Below, one piece after another: positions 27,779-37,101 of a DNA stretch of 55,676 nt. Every line of letters begins with the position of its first letter. The stretch's first letter is position 1. The notes under the pieces were generated by a model, which saw only the letters and a program-made list of their open reading frames with translations, was not told the DNA's origin and did no database searches. The translations under genes were made by a program, and so were the position numbers. This DNA is from an uncultured Oscillospiraceae bacterium. GTDB lineage: Bacteria; Bacillota; Clostridia; Oscillospirales; Oscillospiraceae. The stretch covers positions 1 through 55,676 of the forward strand of contig CALWOR010000001.1 in the NCBI GenBank assembly GCA_944383205.1, in the 5' to 3' direction.

Positions 27779-29017
27779 ATGTATTATTACAATTATAAAG
27801 GGGCAAATATGATCTCCCTTGCCCCCGTGGAGGGCCTTGGCCCTCAGATTGCTCCCATTACCCAGGGCCCTCTGTTTGCCTTGGTGGGTGGAGATCCCGT
27901 GCTGGGCCGGGGCTCCTTTAAGGTGGTCCACCCCGGCCAGCTGAAGGCCGGCCACGGCCTGGAGAGCCTGGATGCCTCCCGGCTGCCGAAGGTGGAGGTG
28001 GATGAGGCGATCTCCGCGGCCATCCGGGAGGGCCGCCTTACTGCCGTCAACCCCAACCGTCCCGGCTGGGAGGAGCTTCTCTCTGTGTCCCACCAGAGCG
28101 GCAAGAAGAGAGTCAACATTCTGGCCATCGGAGATGTGGGGTCCACCCTGCTCACCGGGCTTAAGCTTTTGGGAGGCGATGTGATCCAGTCCATTGGGAT
28201 CTGCGATCTCAGCGATCAGATCACGGCCCGTTGGGAGTTTGAGATGGGGCAGGTCGCCCTGCCCTGGGACTATGACGCCTTCCCTGAGGTGCGGGTGGTC
28301 AAGCCGGAGGAACTGTTTGACTGTGATATGTTTGTCTTTGTGGCCTCAAAGGGCATCCCTCCCGTGGGCTCCCAGGTGAAGGATGTACGGATGTATCAGT
28401 TTGAAAACAATGCCAAAATTGTGTCCCATTATGCCAAAATGGCCCGGGCTGCCCGATTCAAGGGCCTGTGGTGTGCGGTGTCTGACCCGGTGGATCCCCT
28501 GGCCAAGACCGCTTATCTGGAGAGCAACAAGGACGAAAACGGCGTGTTTGACGGAAGAGGCCTTCGTCCGGAGCAGGTTCAGGGCTTCGGCCTTGGTGTC
28601 ATGAATGCCCGCGCAGCCTACTTTGCCAAGCGGGATCCCAAACTCGCCTCCTTCCTGACCGAGGGGCGCTCCTTCGGGCCCCATGGAACCGGGCTGTTTA
28701 TCGCAAACTCCATTGAGCACTATGACGAGGCCGTCTCCCAGGAGCTGACCCATCTTACGGTCACTGCCAACCTGATGATGCGGGAGATCGGGTTTAAGCC
28801 CTATGTGGCCCCTGCTATGTCTTCCGGGGCCCTGTCTCTGCTGCTTACCCTCCGGGGACAGTGGCACTGCGGCTCGGTGTTTCTGGATGGGGTCTATATG
28901 GGGGTCAAGAACCGCTACACCGCGGCCGGTGTGGAGACCGAATTGCTGCCCCACATTCCGGATCAGCTCTTCGGGCACATTCAGGAAGCCGCGGAGCATT
29001 TGAAGACTATTTTATAA
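27779..29017 (+). CDS. LDH/MDH-fold NAD(P)-dependent dehydrogenase-like protein with N-terminal extension
   Basis: VNILAIGDVGSTL Rossmann start, RMYQFENNAKIV, VSDPVD, GLGVMNARA, FGPHG. Confidence 0.8.
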   Translation: MYYYNYKGANMISLAPVEGLGPQIAPITQGPLFALVGGDPVLGRGSFKVVHPGQLKAGHGLESLDASRLPKVEVDEAISAAIREGRLTAVNPNRPGWEELLSVSHQSGKKRVNILAIGDVGSTLLTGLKLLGGDVIQSIGICDLSDQITARWEFEMGQVALPWDYDAFPEVRVVKPEELFDCDMFVFVASKGIPPVGSQVKDVRMYQFENNAKIVSHYAKMARAARFKGLWCAVSDPVDPLAKTAYLESNKDENGVFDGRGLRPEQVQGFGLGVMNARAAYFAKRDPKLASFLTEGRSFGPHGTGLFIANSIEHYDEAVSQELTHLTVTANLMMREIGFKPYVAPAMSSGALSLLLTLRGQWHCGSVFLDGVYMGVKNRYTAAGVETELLPHIPDQLFGHIQEAAEHLKTIL

Positions 29018-29030
29018 GAAGGTGCCCCTC

Positions 29031-30092
29031 ATGTCCCTTGTTGTCATACATCCCGCGCCCGACGCCGCCTGGGCGGATCTGCGCCTGGATGGCGTGCTTC
29101 GATATGCGCTGGAGGAGCGGGAGACGCATACGCTCCGCCGGGCGGAGGAACTGGAGGGCCTGGAGGGCAGTACCCTCCTGTTCGTACTCCCGCTGGGAGA
29201 GGCAGGCATCAATCTGGAGTATACCCGGATGCTCCTCCGCCTGCGTACCCGGCCCCACCTGCTTCAGGGCTGCACGGCTGGCATCATTGTGGATGGAGCC
29301 GGTGAGCTGTACACCAAGTCGGCGGCTGCCGAGTTGGCCCTGGCCCTCAACCGCTCGGGCTGTGCACTGCCCGGTCGTCCCCTGGTGGAGGGGACCGGAT
29401 CTCTGGCCAATTTTGCTGTACAGGCAAAAAACTTGGGTACCGACCTTATGGGGGCCTACCGCGCCGCTGCCCGGGAGCTTGTGGAAAGACTGGAGAGGGA
29501 GCGGTTTCCCCGGCGCGTTCGTCCCAAGCTGCTGGTGCTCCATGCCTCTAGCCACCATACCTCCAACACCATGGATCTGTGGTCCAGGGCAAAGGAGTCC
29601 CTGAAGGACTGCTGTGACATTCGGGAGATCGGACTGCGTAATGGGACCCTCTCTGACTGTTCCGGCTGTCCCTACACCATGTGCCTCCATTTTGGAGAGC
29701 GGGGGGGCTGCTTCTACGGCGGTGTCATGCAGGAGGAGGTCTATCCCGCCGTGCGGGAGGCGGATGCTCTGGTGCTGCTGTGTCCCAACTACAATGATGC
29801 CCTCTCCGCCAATCTCACCGCATTTATCAACCGCCTTACCGCCCTGTTCCGGCAAACCCGCTTTTATGACAAAGCGGTCTTTGCCTTGGTGGTCTCCGGT
29901 TACTCAGGAGGAGATATTCTGGCCAGGCAGGTCATTTCGGCCATGAATATGAACAAGTCCTTTTATCTCCCGCCCCATTTTGCCCTTGTGGAGACAGCCA
30001 ACTTCCCCGGACAGGCCCTGGCCCTGCCCGGAATCGAGGAGCGTCTGGAGGGATTTTCCCGGAATATCCGGAATGCCCTTCTGGCACGGTAG
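29031..30092 (+). CDS. Flavodoxin-fold NAD(P)H-dependent oxidoreductase / iron-sulfur flavoprotein-like
   Basis: C-terminal half HASSHHTSNT...CSGCPYTMCLHFGERGGC...ADALVLLCPNYNDALSANLTAFINR; N-terminal half appears to be a second, degenerate flavodoxin-like domain. Confidence 0.82.
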   Translation: MSLVVIHPAPDAAWADLRLDGVLRYALEERETHTLRRAEELEGLEGSTLLFVLPLGEAGINLEYTRMLLRLRTRPHLLQGCTAGIIVDGAGELYTKSAAAELALALNRSGCALPGRPLVEGTGSLANFAVQAKNLGTDLMGAYRAAARELVERLERERFPRRVRPKLLVLHASSHHTSNTMDLWSRAKESLKDCCDIREIGLRNGTLSDCSGCPYTMCLHFGERGGCFYGGVMQEEVYPAVREADALVLLCPNYNDALSANLTAFINRLTALFRQTRFYDKAVFALVVSGYSGGDILARQVISAMNMNKSFYLPPHFALVETANFPGQALALPGIEERLEGFSRNIRNALLAR

Positions 30093-30096
30093 AAAG

Positions 30097-30132
30097 AACG
30101 CCCGGGTACTCACACGGTACCCGGGCGTTTTT
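30097..30132. terminator. Bidirectional terminator
   Basis: AACGCCCGGGTAC / GTACCCGGGCGTT flanked by A/T tracts. Confidence 0.88.
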
Positions 30133-30140
30133 GCGAAGCT

Positions 30141-30896
30141 TTAGTCCAGATATTCCTTGGGGTCCACCTGGGTTCCGTTCAGAATGGTTTCCAGATGCAC
30201 ATGAGGTTCCACCCCAACCTCGGCGATGGCGGTGCCTCCCACGGTACCCAGCACAGAGCCGATCTCTACCGTGTCTCCCTGGGATACGGCGGTCTCCTGG
30301 GAGAGGTTACTGTACCAGGACTGAAGTCCTCCACCGTGATCCACTACGACAGTGGTGCCCATCATCTGATCGTCATAGACCTGGGTCACGGTCCCCGCGC
30401 TGATGGAACGGACCTGTACCCCTTCAGCGGCGGCAATGTCCAGCCCGCCGTGGGTACGCCAATCTCCCATGGTGGGATCCAGAGACAGGGTTTCCACAGA
30501 AAAATCCCGCAGTACAGCCCCGCTTACCGGCCAGGTGAAGACATCGGATACTGTGCCGCTCTGCTCCTGGTCGGTTTCGGCATCAGCCAGAGGTTCAGGA
30601 TCATCCGGTTGGGTCTGCTGGGTCTGCTCCACGACCTCCGGCTCCAGGGTTTCTTTGGGCTGGTTGGACTCAGTAGAGGGGACCACCGGGGTCACCGGAC
30701 GCTGGACACTCTGGTCCGGAATGGTCACAGAGGCGCCTCCCCCAGCCTGGGTGGAAGAGCCGGTGTTCAGCGCCACCGTCTGGAGCAGATAGTACCCCGA
30801 AATCCCTATGGCGGCTACGCACAGGAACAGGACGATGTAGAACCCTCTCCCCAGCACGAAGTCGCCCAGTTTCTTCATAAAGCCTTGGTTTTTCAC
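30141..30896 (-). CDS. spoIIQ: M23/LytM peptidase, probable SpoIIQ
   Basis: N-terminal TM helix (GFYIVLFLCVAAIG), acidic linker, HGGLD, YSNL, HVHLE; sigF-type promoter upstream. Confidence 0.75.
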   Translation of the reverse strand: MKNQGFMKKLGDFVLGRGFYIVLFLCVAAIGISGYYLLQTVALNTGSSTQAGGGASVTIPDQSVQRPVTPVVPSTESNQPKETLEPEVVEQTQQTQPDDPEPLADAETDQEQSGTVSDVFTWPVSGAVLRDFSVETLSLDPTMGDWRTHGGLDIAAAEGVQVRSISAGTVTQVYDDQMMGTTVVVDHGGGLQSWYSNLSQETAVSQGDTVEIGSVLGTVGGTAIAEVGVEPHVHLETILNGTQVDPKEYLD

Positions 30897-30914
30897 AAAA
30901 CCACCTCCAAAGGC

Positions 30915-30944
30915 TATTGTGGACAGAGCGCTGGCTGGTTATAC
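30915..30944 (-). promoter_or_regulatory. sigF-type promoter of the spoIIQ-like gene
   Basis: GTATA-N15-GTCCACAATA. Confidence 0.65.
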
Positions 30945-30968
30945 CAGGAAGACAAAAATTTTCCCGGA

Positions 30969-30997
30969 TAGACGATGTTCCAATTTTGTGCTATACT
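30969..30997 (+). promoter_or_regulatory. sigmaA promoter of the M16 peptidase gene
   Basis: TAGACG-N17-TATACT with TG extension. Confidence 0.65.
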
Positions 30998-31033
30998 TCT
31001 TCCATCGATATGGAACTACTGCAGGAGGTCCGT

Positions 31034-32284
31034 ATGTATCAGCAGATTACATTGCCGAACGGAGCCCGACTTCTTACCCAATATCTGCCCCAGGCCCAGT
31101 CAGCGGCGCTGGGCTTTTTTGTGGGCGTGGGGTCTCGACACGAGGCGGCGGAGGAGAACGGCGCCGCCCACTTTATTGAGCATATGCTTTTCAAAGGCAC
31201 TGCCCGGCGCTCCGCGGGGCAGCTGGCCCGGGACATGGACGCTGTGGGGGGGCAGGTGAACGCCTATACCACCAAGGAGCACACCTGCTTTTATGCCCGC
31301 ACTCTGGGCAGTCATTTGGACCGGGGGATGGATATTCTGGCCGATATGTTGTTTCACTCCCGATTCAGCCAGGAGGATGTGGATCTGGAGCGGGGGGTCA
31401 TTTTGGAAGAGATCGATATGTACGAGGATACCCCCGAGGATCTGGTGGCCGAGCGGCTGTCCGCCGCAGTTTACAAGGGGACGGCTCTGGCACGGCCTAT
31501 TCTGGGGCGGCAGTCCACCCTGGAGGGAATGAGCGGACCCTGGCTGGCGGACTGGCAGAGGCGACACTACCACGGAGGGAACATGGTGGCCTCCCTGGCA
31601 GGCAACTTTACAGATGGACAGGTACAGCAGCTCACAGATCTGCTGGCCGCTCTGAAACCGGGAACCCCGTCGCGGATCAGCCCGGTCACTTACCGCCCCG
31701 CCGTCACCGCCAAAAAGAAGGCCATTGAGCAAAATCACCTGATTTTGGCCTTCCCCGCCCCCAACTACCTGGATCAGCGCCGCCAACAGGTAACTTTGCT
31801 CAATGCCCTGCTGGGGGGCGGCTGCTCCTCGCGGCTTTTTCAGCAGCTGCGGGAGCAGCGGGGGCTTTGCTATACCGTCTACTCCTTTGTGTCAGACCAC
31901 GAGGACACCGGCCTTCTGGGCATCTATGTGGGCCTTAACCAGGAACAGGAGCGCGCTGCTCTGGATTTGGCTCGGGCGGTGGTCTCCGACCTGGCTGACC
32001 ACGGACCCACCCAGGAGGAAGTGGACCGGGTGCGGGAGCAGGCCAAGGCCAATTTGCTCATGGGTGCGGAATCGGTCCAGGCCCGGATGAGCCACCTGGG
32101 GGGCTCTGCTCTGCTGTATGGGAAAATCAGGGAGACCGAGGAGCTGGTGGAGCTCTACGATGCTGTGACCCGGGATCAACTCCGGGATCTGGCTGGGGAG
32201 CTGTTTCAAATGGACCGGGCCTCCCTGTCTGCGGTAGGCCGGGTGTCCCCGGTGGGAGACTACGCCGCCTGGCTTGGGCGGTAA
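31034..32284 (+). CDS. M16 (pitrilysin) family zinc peptidase
   Basis: GAAHFIEHMLFKGT (HxxEH), NAYTTKEHT, SRLFQQLREQRGLCY; RBS AGGAGGT before ATG 31034. Confidence 0.95.
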   Translation: MYQQITLPNGARLLTQYLPQAQSAALGFFVGVGSRHEAAEENGAAHFIEHMLFKGTARRSAGQLARDMDAVGGQVNAYTTKEHTCFYARTLGSHLDRGMDILADMLFHSRFSQEDVDLERGVILEEIDMYEDTPEDLVAERLSAAVYKGTALARPILGRQSTLEGMSGPWLADWQRRHYHGGNMVASLAGNFTDGQVQQLTDLLAALKPGTPSRISPVTYRPAVTAKKKAIEQNHLILAFPAPNYLDQRRQQVTLLNALLGGGCSSRLFQQLREQRGLCYTVYSFVSDHEDTGLLGIYVGLNQEQERAALDLARAVVSDLADHGPTQEEVDRVREQAKANLLMGAESVQARMSHLGGSALLYGKIRETEELVELYDAVTRDQLRDLAGELFQMDRASLSAVGRVSPVGDYAAWLGR

Positions 32285-32310
32285 GGACACTGCCCAGAAG
32301 GCTCCATGAT

Positions 32311-32340
32311 GTATAGAATACCGCCCTTTCGGTTAAACTG
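32311..32340 (+). promoter_or_regulatory. sigF/sigG-type promoter of the CBS gene
   Basis: GTATA-N15-GGTTAAACTG. Confidence 0.7.
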
Positions 32341-32376
32341 GCTGCAGACCATTTTTTACCGAAAGGGCGGTTTGTT

Positions 32377-32805
32377 ATGCAGGTAAAGGATCTGATGAAC
32401 CCCAGTGTCATCACCATCGAGCCGGGTTCCTCTGCGGCCCTGGCCGCCCGGCTCATCAGCCGACACAATGTGGGCGCGCTCCCGGTGTGCGGGGAAGACC
32501 GGCGGCTGCGGGGGGTTGTCACCGACCGGGATATCGTGCTGCGGTGCATTGCCGCCGAGGAGGATCCGGCCCAAACTCCGGTGCGGGACATTATGACTCG
32601 GGGCTGCGCCACTGTTTCTCCTGAGGACGACTGCCGGGAGGCCACAAGGCTTATGTCGGCACATCAGGTGCGCCGCCTTCCGGTGGTGGACCGGGGAAAG
32701 CTGGTGGGCGTCATTTCTCTGGCCGATGTGGCCCGGAGCGGCCGCTTTGACATGGAGGCCGCCCAGGCATTAAGCGAAATTTCGGAGAATATCATCCGGC
32801 GCTGA
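32377..32805 (+). CDS. CBS-pair protein (YhcV-like)
   Basis: VKDLM, HNVGALPV, GVVTDRDI, HQVRRLPVV, GVISLAD, ALSEIS. Confidence 0.9.
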   Translation: MQVKDLMNPSVITIEPGSSAALAARLISRHNVGALPVCGEDRRLRGVVTDRDIVLRCIAAEEDPAQTPVRDIMTRGCATVSPEDDCREATRLMSAHQVRRLPVVDRGKLVGVISLADVARSGRFDMEAAQALSEISENIIRR

Positions 32806-32826
32806 AGCCCCGTCCTCGATTCAATG

Positions 32827-32866
32827 GGCCCACCCCGATTTTTCGGCGGTGGGCCCCGTTTTTATT
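32827..32866. terminator. Terminator between convergent genes
   Basis: GGGCCCACC / GGTGGGCCC stem followed by T's. Confidence 0.75.
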
Positions 32867-33335
32867 TCTCTGCTTCCGGGTTCTCCCGCTCCTCCGGAAG
32901 GTGCTTGGCATAGTACTCCCGGTTGCGGATCTCGTCCTTTAAGGAGCAGTACGCAAACATGACGAGCATGGAAAGAAAAATCTGTCCGCATAAGACAAGA
33001 ACAGCGTCAGTAAAGGTGCCCGCCACCAGGCTCATGGGGATGGGAATCACCCAGAAGGTCATCACACAAAACAGGGGCACTACACCCAGTATGGGCCAGT
33101 AGGACACATAGCGGTAACGCACGGGTTTTACCCCGTTCTTCCCATAGAGGAGGTCCTCGGGCTCCACCTCCAGCACACGGGCTACGGCCTCCAGAGTATC
33201 CAGCCCCGGCCGTGACAGCCCCCGCTCCCAGGCGGATACCGTCTGCCGGGTGACATGGAGGGCCTGGGCAAACTGCTCCTGGGACAGCCCTTTCTCTCTG
33301 CGCAGCGTCTTAATATTGACGGCAATCTCGTTCAT
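32862..33335 (-). CDS. Membrane-anchored XRE-family HTH regulator
   Basis: MNEIAVNIKTLRREKGLSQEQFAQALHVTRQTVSAWERG plus two TM helices; RBS AAAGGAGG; the ORF-track extension to 33767 overlaps rluD and is not real. Confidence 0.88.
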   Translation of the reverse strand: MNEIAVNIKTLRREKGLSQEQFAQALHVTRQTVSAWERGLSRPGLDTLEAVARVLEVEPEDLLYGKNGVKPVRYRYVSYWPILGVVPLFCVMTFWVIPIPMSLVAGTFTDAVLVLCGQIFLSMLVMFAYCSLKDEIRNREYYAKHLPEERENPEAEK

Positions 33336-33419
33336 GGTGCTCCCTCCTTTTTCTGCTTCCATCCTACCAGCTTTGGCCATTTGAGGCAAGCAAATCATAT
33401 TTGCCTCCATGGGTAAGAC

Positions 33420-33454
33420 GAAAAGCGGGCCTTTTCCTGGGAAAAGGCCCGCCG
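33420..33454 (-). terminator. Terminator after rluD
   Basis: GGGCCTTTTCC / GGAAAAGGCCC stem with a T-tract on the minus strand. Confidence 0.75.
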
Positions 33455-33456
33455 GT

Positions 33457-34365
33457 TTATTTATCGATCTGTTTGAGTACTCTTTGAAACCAGTCGGGGA
33501 GGGGGCACTCCACCTCCACCGGCTCTCCTGTTGTGGGATGGAGAAAGCGCAGCTTTCGGGCGTGAAGGCACTGCCCGGCCAGGCCCGGCCAGGGCTTTTT
33601 ACTGCCATAGACTGTGTCACCCAGAAGGGGGTGGCCGATAGAGGCCATGTGGACCCGAATCTGGTGGGTGCGTCCGGTCTCCAGTCGGCACTCCACATGG
33701 GTATAGCCCGGGTAGCGGCCCAGAACCGACCAGTGGGTGACTGCGGGCCTGCCATTTTTGTGGTCAATGGCCATCTTTTTCCGATCCACCGGGTGGCGGC
33801 CTATGGGAGCCTCCACCGTGCCCTCGTCCTCCTTCAGTCCGCCTACGGCCACCGCCTCATAGGTCCGGGCCAGGGTGTGGTCCTGCAGCTGGGCCGCCAG
33901 GGCCAGATGAGCTCTGTCGTTCTTGGCTGCGATGATCAGGCCGGAGGTATCCCGGTCGATCCGGTGGACGATCCCAGGGCGGAGCACGCCATTGACTCCG
34001 GAAAGTGATGTTCCGCAATGATATAACAGAGCGTTGACCAGCGTCCCGTCCGGGTGGCCGGGAGCGGGATGTACCACCAGCCCCACGGGCTTGTTGACCA
34101 CGATCACATCGGCGTCTTCATAGACCACATCCAAAGGGATATCCTGAGGGATCACATCCAACGGCTCCGGGTCTGGGAGGGTCACCTCCAGCTCCTGCCC
34201 CGGACTCAGACGGTCATTTTTCCGCACAGACTTTCCATCCAGAAGGACCATTTCTTTTTCCAGCAGCTTCTGGGCGGCGGAGCGGGTGAAATCGGGGAGG
34301 CTGCGGGCCAAAAAGGCGTCGGCCCGCTCTCCCTCCCGGTCAATTTTCAGACGAATGGTTGTCAT
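33457..34365 (-). CDS. rluD: RluA/RluD family 23S rRNA pseudouridine synthase
   Basis: N-terminal S4 domain, VVNKPVGLVVHPAPGH, HRIDRDTSG, LETGRTHQIRVH; follows lspA. Confidence 0.93.
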   Translation of the reverse strand: MTTIRLKIDREGERADAFLARSLPDFTRSAAQKLLEKEMVLLDGKSVRKNDRLSPGQELEVTLPDPEPLDVIPQDIPLDVVYEDADVIVVNKPVGLVVHPAPGHPDGTLVNALLYHCGTSLSGVNGVLRPGIVHRIDRDTSGLIIAAKNDRAHLALAAQLQDHTLARTYEAVAVGGLKEDEGTVEAPIGRHPVDRKKMAIDHKNGRPAVTHWSVLGRYPGYTHVECRLETGRTHQIRVHMASIGHPLLGDTVYGSKKPWPGLAGQCLHARKLRFLHPTTGEPVEVECPLPDWFQRVLKQIDK

Positions 34366-34828
34366 GGCGTTTCTCCCGGGGCTCCAGCTTGTCCATTAAA
34401 AACAGGTAGTAGAGGGCGGCGGCAATGCCGCCCACTACCACGCAGATGTCGGCCACATTGAATACGGCAAAATTCATAAAGAGGACATTGAACATATCCA
34501 CCACAAAGCCCCGGAACACCCGGTCAATGAGGTTGCCTACCGCCCCGGCCAGCAGCAGGGTGAGGGTCACTTTACCCAAGGGATGGCGGAAAAAGTTCTT
34601 CCACAGGGCCAGGCTCAGCACTACGGACATAGCCAGAGAGATCAGCGCCAAAATCCAGGTGTGCTCTTCGAAGAGGGAAAAGGCCGCTCCGGTGTTCTGT
34701 ACATATGTAAGCTCCAGCAGGTGGGGAATAAAGGGCACATGGGCTCCCGGCGCAATGTTGTTCAGGACCAGCAGCTTCACAAGCTGGTCCAGGGCCACCA
34801 GGGCCACAGTCAGGATAAGATAGGGCAT
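34340..34828 (-). CDS. lspA: Lipoprotein signal peptidase II
   Basis: DQLVK, NTGAAFS, GAVGNLIDR, VVD, FNVAD. Confidence 0.97.
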   Translation of the reverse strand: MPYLILTVALVALDQLVKLLVLNNIAPGAHVPFIPHLLELTYVQNTGAAFSLFEEHTWILALISLAMSVVLSLALWKNFFRHPLGKVTLTLLLAGAVGNLIDRVFRGFVVDMFNVLFMNFAVFNVADICVVVGGIAAALYYLFLMDKLEPREKRHDNHSSEN

Positions 34829-34882
34829 GACAGGTCCTCCGCAGTCAATTCTGATTCTAAATTCTGGGATGGGAAACGAAGG

Positions 34883-35887
34883 TCAGAGGCGGTTTTTCTT
34901 AATAAGACGAATGTCGTCCCCGAAGAAGTGGAGCACATGATATTCCCCTTCGATTCTGGAGGCGATCTGAGGATTGTAGCGCCTGGCGATCTCATCCAGT
35001 GACAGGTTGGTGGAGATCACCGTGTGCCGCTGGGCCACCAAGCGGGCGTTGATGAGCTCATAGAGGGCCGACTGGGTCAGCTGAGTGGTGAGCTCGCTGC
35101 CCAGATCGTCCACAATCAGCAGGTCACAGTTGAGATACCGGCGGGTCTCATCCCGGGCCTCCTGACCGTCGGCGCTGTCGCGCAGGAACTTTTTAGCCTC
35201 AAACTGGGCGAAAATCGCTCCCGCCGTATCATAGACCACCGAATATCCGTGTTCGGAAACCGCCCGGGCGATGCAGGCCGACAAAAATGTTTTCCCAAGC
35301 CCCGGCGCTCCGGACATCAGCAGGTTGCGAAACCGAAAGCTTTCAAACTTTCGGGCATAGCTGAGGCACACATCATAGACCAGCTCCATATTCTTCCGGG
35401 GGGAAGAGCCCATTCCCGGGTAGGGAGTTTCGCTGTAATAGTCCATGCGGAAGGAGTCAAAGGACTGCTCCCCCAGATCCAGCAGTTTGGACAGCTCCTT
35501 GATCTGCTCCTGGGCGCAGAGCTTTTTCAGGCACTGGCACATCTTGGCCCCCTGCCAGCCGGTGTCTCCGCACAGGGGACAAGCCGGCTTGTCGTCCAGA
35601 GCATCCCCGGGGAGGCCCAGCGCGCCCAATAGTACGGCCCGCTCCTGCTGAAGTTCCAGGTTATCCGCCTTGATGGCACGGACGGCCTGAACAGGGTCGC
35701 CTCCCTGACGGAGGGTGGCGGCCACCAGCTGGGCCATGGTCCCCTGGAGCTTTCGGTCAAGCTGGAGCAGCTTGGGCTGACGCTGATAGGCCTGCTCCCG
35801 CAGCCGCTCAGTGCGCTCCTGGCGCTGGCGGCGCTCCGCGTCCAGCCGGTCTGTGGCCCGGCGCAAAATATTGGCATCATAGGCCAT
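34883..35887 (-). CDS. DnaC/DnaI/IstB-like AAA+ ATPase (helicase loader-like)
   Basis: CPLCGDTG..MCQC zinc finger, GAPGLGKT, LLIVDDLG, STNL, SRI; coupled to a DnaD-domain gene. Confidence 0.88.
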   Translation of the reverse strand: MAYDANILRRATDRLDAERRQRQERTERLREQAYQRQPKLLQLDRKLQGTMAQLVAATLRQGGDPVQAVRAIKADNLELQQERAVLLGALGLPGDALDDKPACPLCGDTGWQGAKMCQCLKKLCAQEQIKELSKLLDLGEQSFDSFRMDYYSETPYPGMGSSPRKNMELVYDVCLSYARKFESFRFRNLLMSGAPGLGKTFLSACIARAVSEHGYSVVYDTAGAIFAQFEAKKFLRDSADGQEARDETRRYLNCDLLIVDDLGSELTTQLTQSALYELINARLVAQRHTVISTNLSLDEIARRYNPQIASRIEGEYHVLHFFGDDIRLIKKNRL

Positions 35888-35891
35888 GGTT

Positions 35892-36839
35892 TCAGCCCTC
35901 CTCCTGCTTCATCTGTTCCATCAGCCGGCGCATACGCTCCATATCCTCCCGCACCCGCTGGTCCGAGTCCGCAGTGTGGGGGCGATTGGTCTGCCCTCCG
36001 GCCCGGACTGGCCGGGGATCCCGGTCCCCCGCCTGAATGGCGGCGGCGGTATGCAGGCCCTTTTCGTGCCACCGGCGCAGGATGCCGTTCATATATCCCC
36101 AGTCCATGGACTGCTTTTTCAGCACCGTCTTTTCATAGGCCATACGGATGGCCTCGTCCTCAAAGCCCATGTCGTCCCAGGCGGCAATGTAAGTCTTTTC
36201 ACGCTCCACAAGGGGGCGGGGGGCGATGTCCAGCAGGCGTAGCACCTCCGTCTCCCGTCCCCGGAGGCGGGTCAGCTTTGCGATGTATTCCTCTGCCCGT
36301 TCCATGGTGTCGATCCCGCGCCGGGCCCAGACAAAGCCCTCCTTGCTGATCTGGGAAAGGAAGGGCCTGCGGCCGGAGCCGTATTTCCGCTCCATTTCCT
36401 CGATGCACCAGCCTACCAGCATCAAAATGACCTCGGGCGGCAGGGCCAGGTGGTCATAGAGGGTATAGAGCTTTTTCAGGTCAGCGGCTGAGAGTTTTTT
36501 CCCCAGCCGCCGCTCCACTTCGTCTGCCAGAGGCGGAAAAAGAGATGCCTTGTCCGCCAAAGCGGCATTGATCTCTTCCGTGGCATAGTCGGGGGGCGGG
36601 GGCTGCTGAGCGGGGGGCTCTGGAACAGAAAGCTCCTGGGCGGGAGCCAGGCCCTGAGACCGCAGCTTGTCCAAAGCGGTCTGGGTGCGCTCCTGGGTCC
36701 ACTTCAGCCCCTCCAGCCCACCGTGGCGCAGCAGGTGCAGGTACAATAGAGCGGCGTCCCCATGGTCCAGCTTCAAAAGCCGGTCCGCCGCCTGCCCGGT
36801 CATGGCCAGGACCTCGCCGGGCATCAGAGTATAGGCCAT
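35892..36839 (-). CDS. DnaD/DnaB_C domain replication protein
   Basis: Two DnaD-like repeats, C-terminal YMNGILRRWHEKG motif. Confidence 0.88.
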   Translation of the reverse strand: MAYTLMPGEVLAMTGQAADRLLKLDHGDAALLYLHLLRHGGLEGLKWTQERTQTALDKLRSQGLAPAQELSVPEPPAQQPPPPDYATEEINAALADKASLFPPLADEVERRLGKKLSAADLKKLYTLYDHLALPPEVILMLVGWCIEEMERKYGSGRRPFLSQISKEGFVWARRGIDTMERAEEYIAKLTRLRGRETEVLRLLDIAPRPLVEREKTYIAAWDDMGFEDEAIRMAYEKTVLKKQSMDWGYMNGILRRWHEKGLHTAAAIQAGDRDPRPVRAGGQTNRPHTADSDQRVREDMERMRRLMEQMKQEEG

Positions 36840-37101
36840 GGGGATCTCCTCCTCTCTTCAAATCGCTTTTGGACGCTATGTGGTTGTTCCATTTTACCGC
36901 AAAAAGCGCCCGCCGTAAACATCAAAATTCCTCCGGACCCATCCTTGGCGAAGCTCCTGGATTTTCAAGGGATTTTTTGAAAAGAAAGAGTAAAATTCAT
37001 GAAATATCTATTTTTCAAATGTAGAGGTCTGTGTTATAATGGTCCCAACTATAATGCTGGGGGCTCGGGCCCAAAAGATAACCAGTAGGGGAGGAATCGT
37101 G

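Noticed and set aside
34883-36839. DnaD plus DnaC/IstB-like pair as a prophage or IS21 replication module
   Set aside because: No integrase, IstA or phage genes nearby; embedded with lspA-rluD in a housekeeping context
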